From sequence record MF034722.1: a DNA stretch of 477 nt; one strand, 5' to 3'. The stretch comes from a phage. Of this stretch, positions 1-477 are shown one piece after another. The notes beneath the pieces were generated by a model. It made no database searches and had not been told where the DNA came from. It saw nothing but the letters and a program-made list of their open reading frames with translations. The first letter of the stretch is position 1, and the number at the start of each line of letters is the position of its first letter. A program made the position numbers and the translations under genes.

Positions 1-477
1 CGATGTATGCTCCGAATGCTATGTTCTCTGGTCAGGGCGCTGCTCAGACTTTTGAAGCACTGGCTGCAGGTAAAGTTCTGGAAGTTGGTAAAATTTATTC
101 TCACTTCTTCGAAGCTACCGGTTCTGCACACTTCCAGGCTGTTGAAGCCGTAACCGTTGATGCTGCTGCTACCGATGCTGCTAAACTGGATGTTGCCGTA
201 ACTGCTCTGTTGGAAGCTGGCCAGCTGGCTGAATTGGCTGAAGGTATGGCTACTTCTATCGCTGAACTTCAGGAAGGCTTTAACGGTTCTCAGGACAACC
301 CGTGGAACGAAATGGGCTTCCGTATCGATAAACAAGTTATCGAAGCTAAATCCCGTCAGCTGAAAGCAAGCTACTCCATCGAACTGGCACAGGACCTTCG
401 TGCAGTACACGGTATGGATGCAGATGCTGAACTGTCAGGTATCCTTGCTACCGAAATCATGCTGGAAATCAACCGCG
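1..477 (+). CDS. 23: Major capsid protein of a T4-type bacteriophage (gp23 family), internal fragment truncated at both ends. Codons are in phase with position 3; 158 complete codons span 3-476, with positions 1-2 and 477 belonging to partial flanking codons.
   Basis: Seen in sequence: a single stop-free frame across the window (codons 3-476), while the other + frames contain stops at 53-55 (TGA) and 151-153 (TAA). The translation contains long motifs that I recall as matching T4 gp23, e.g. AEGMATSIAELQEGFNGS.DNPWNEMGFRIDKQVIEAKSRQLKASYSIELAQDLRAVHGMDADAELSGILATEIMLEINR, plus DAMFSGQGAA and HFF..TG upstream. Codon usage is strongly biased toward a highly expressed gene (GAA 15/15 Glu, AAA 6/6 Lys, GCT 21/30 Ala, CGT/CGC only for Arg). 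The homology is from memory, not a search. Confidence 0.93.

Noticed and set aside
91-100. AT-rich patch AAATTTATTC, considered as a possible T4 late promoter (TATAAATA-like) or -10 element.
   Set aside because: It does not match the TATAAATA late-promoter consensus and lies in the middle of a coding region, encoding K-I-Y-S. The late promoter for gene 23 would be upstream of the gene start, outside this window.
1-434. A long stop-free frame on the minus strand, antisense and in register with the capsid frame; its only stop is the complement of TCA at 435-437.
   Set aside because: This is the expected by-product of the sense strand's codon bias: the + frame contains no TTA or CTA codons and a single TCA. 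There is no homology or start-site evidence for a real antisense gene, and it fully overlaps a strongly supported CDS.
3-461. Internal ATG codons in the coding frame (3-5, 21-23, 246-248, 312-314, 414-416, 459-461) as possible translation starts.
   Set aside because: The frame is open upstream to the window edge, and these positions align with internal Met residues of gp23 (MYxP, AMFSG, EGMATS, NEMGF, HGMDAD, EIMLE). None is preceded by a convincing Shine-Dalgarno sequence. The true start lies upstream of the window.
1-477. Possible CRISPR array, tRNA/ncRNA, mobile element end or rho-independent terminator.
   Set aside because: No repeat-spacer periodicity, no cloverleaf-compatible structure, no terminal inverted repeats, and no GC-rich hairpin followed by a T-tract. 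The short repeats present are in-frame codon repeats within the CDS.
1-477. Assigning the fragment to a specific named phage such as T4, RB69, RB49 or JS98.
   Set aside because: The 5' half differs from my recollection of T4 at about 30 residues, so it is not T4 itself. I cannot reliably recall the other genomes at residue level, so a specific assignment without a database search would be a guess.

Overview
The whole 477-nt window is an internal fragment of one protein-coding gene on the + strand: the major capsid protein of a T4-type (T-even-like) bacteriophage, the gene 23 / gp23 family. The reading frame starts at position 3 and runs 158 codons to position 476 without a stop; both ends of the gene lie outside the window, and the other two + frames are closed by stops (TGA 53-55, TAA 151-153). 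The translation is MYAPNAMFSGQGAAQTFEALAAGKVLEVGKIYSHFFEATGSAHFQAVEAVTVDAAATDAAKLDVAVTALLEAGQLAELAEGMATSIAELQEGFNGSQDNPWNEMGFRIDKQVIEAKSRQLKASYSIELAQDLRAVHGMDADAELSGILATEIMLEINR. Compared with my recollection of T4 gp23, it is collinear with no indels, with the 3' half almost identical and the 5' half clearly diverged, so this is a T4 relative rather than T4 itself. The last 25 nt appear to match the reverse complement of a widely used g23 diversity primer. I see no RNA gene, CRISPR array, mobile element, promoter or terminator, and no evidence of a previously undescribed system: this is a well-known phage structural gene. All comparisons are from memory, since no database search was possible.
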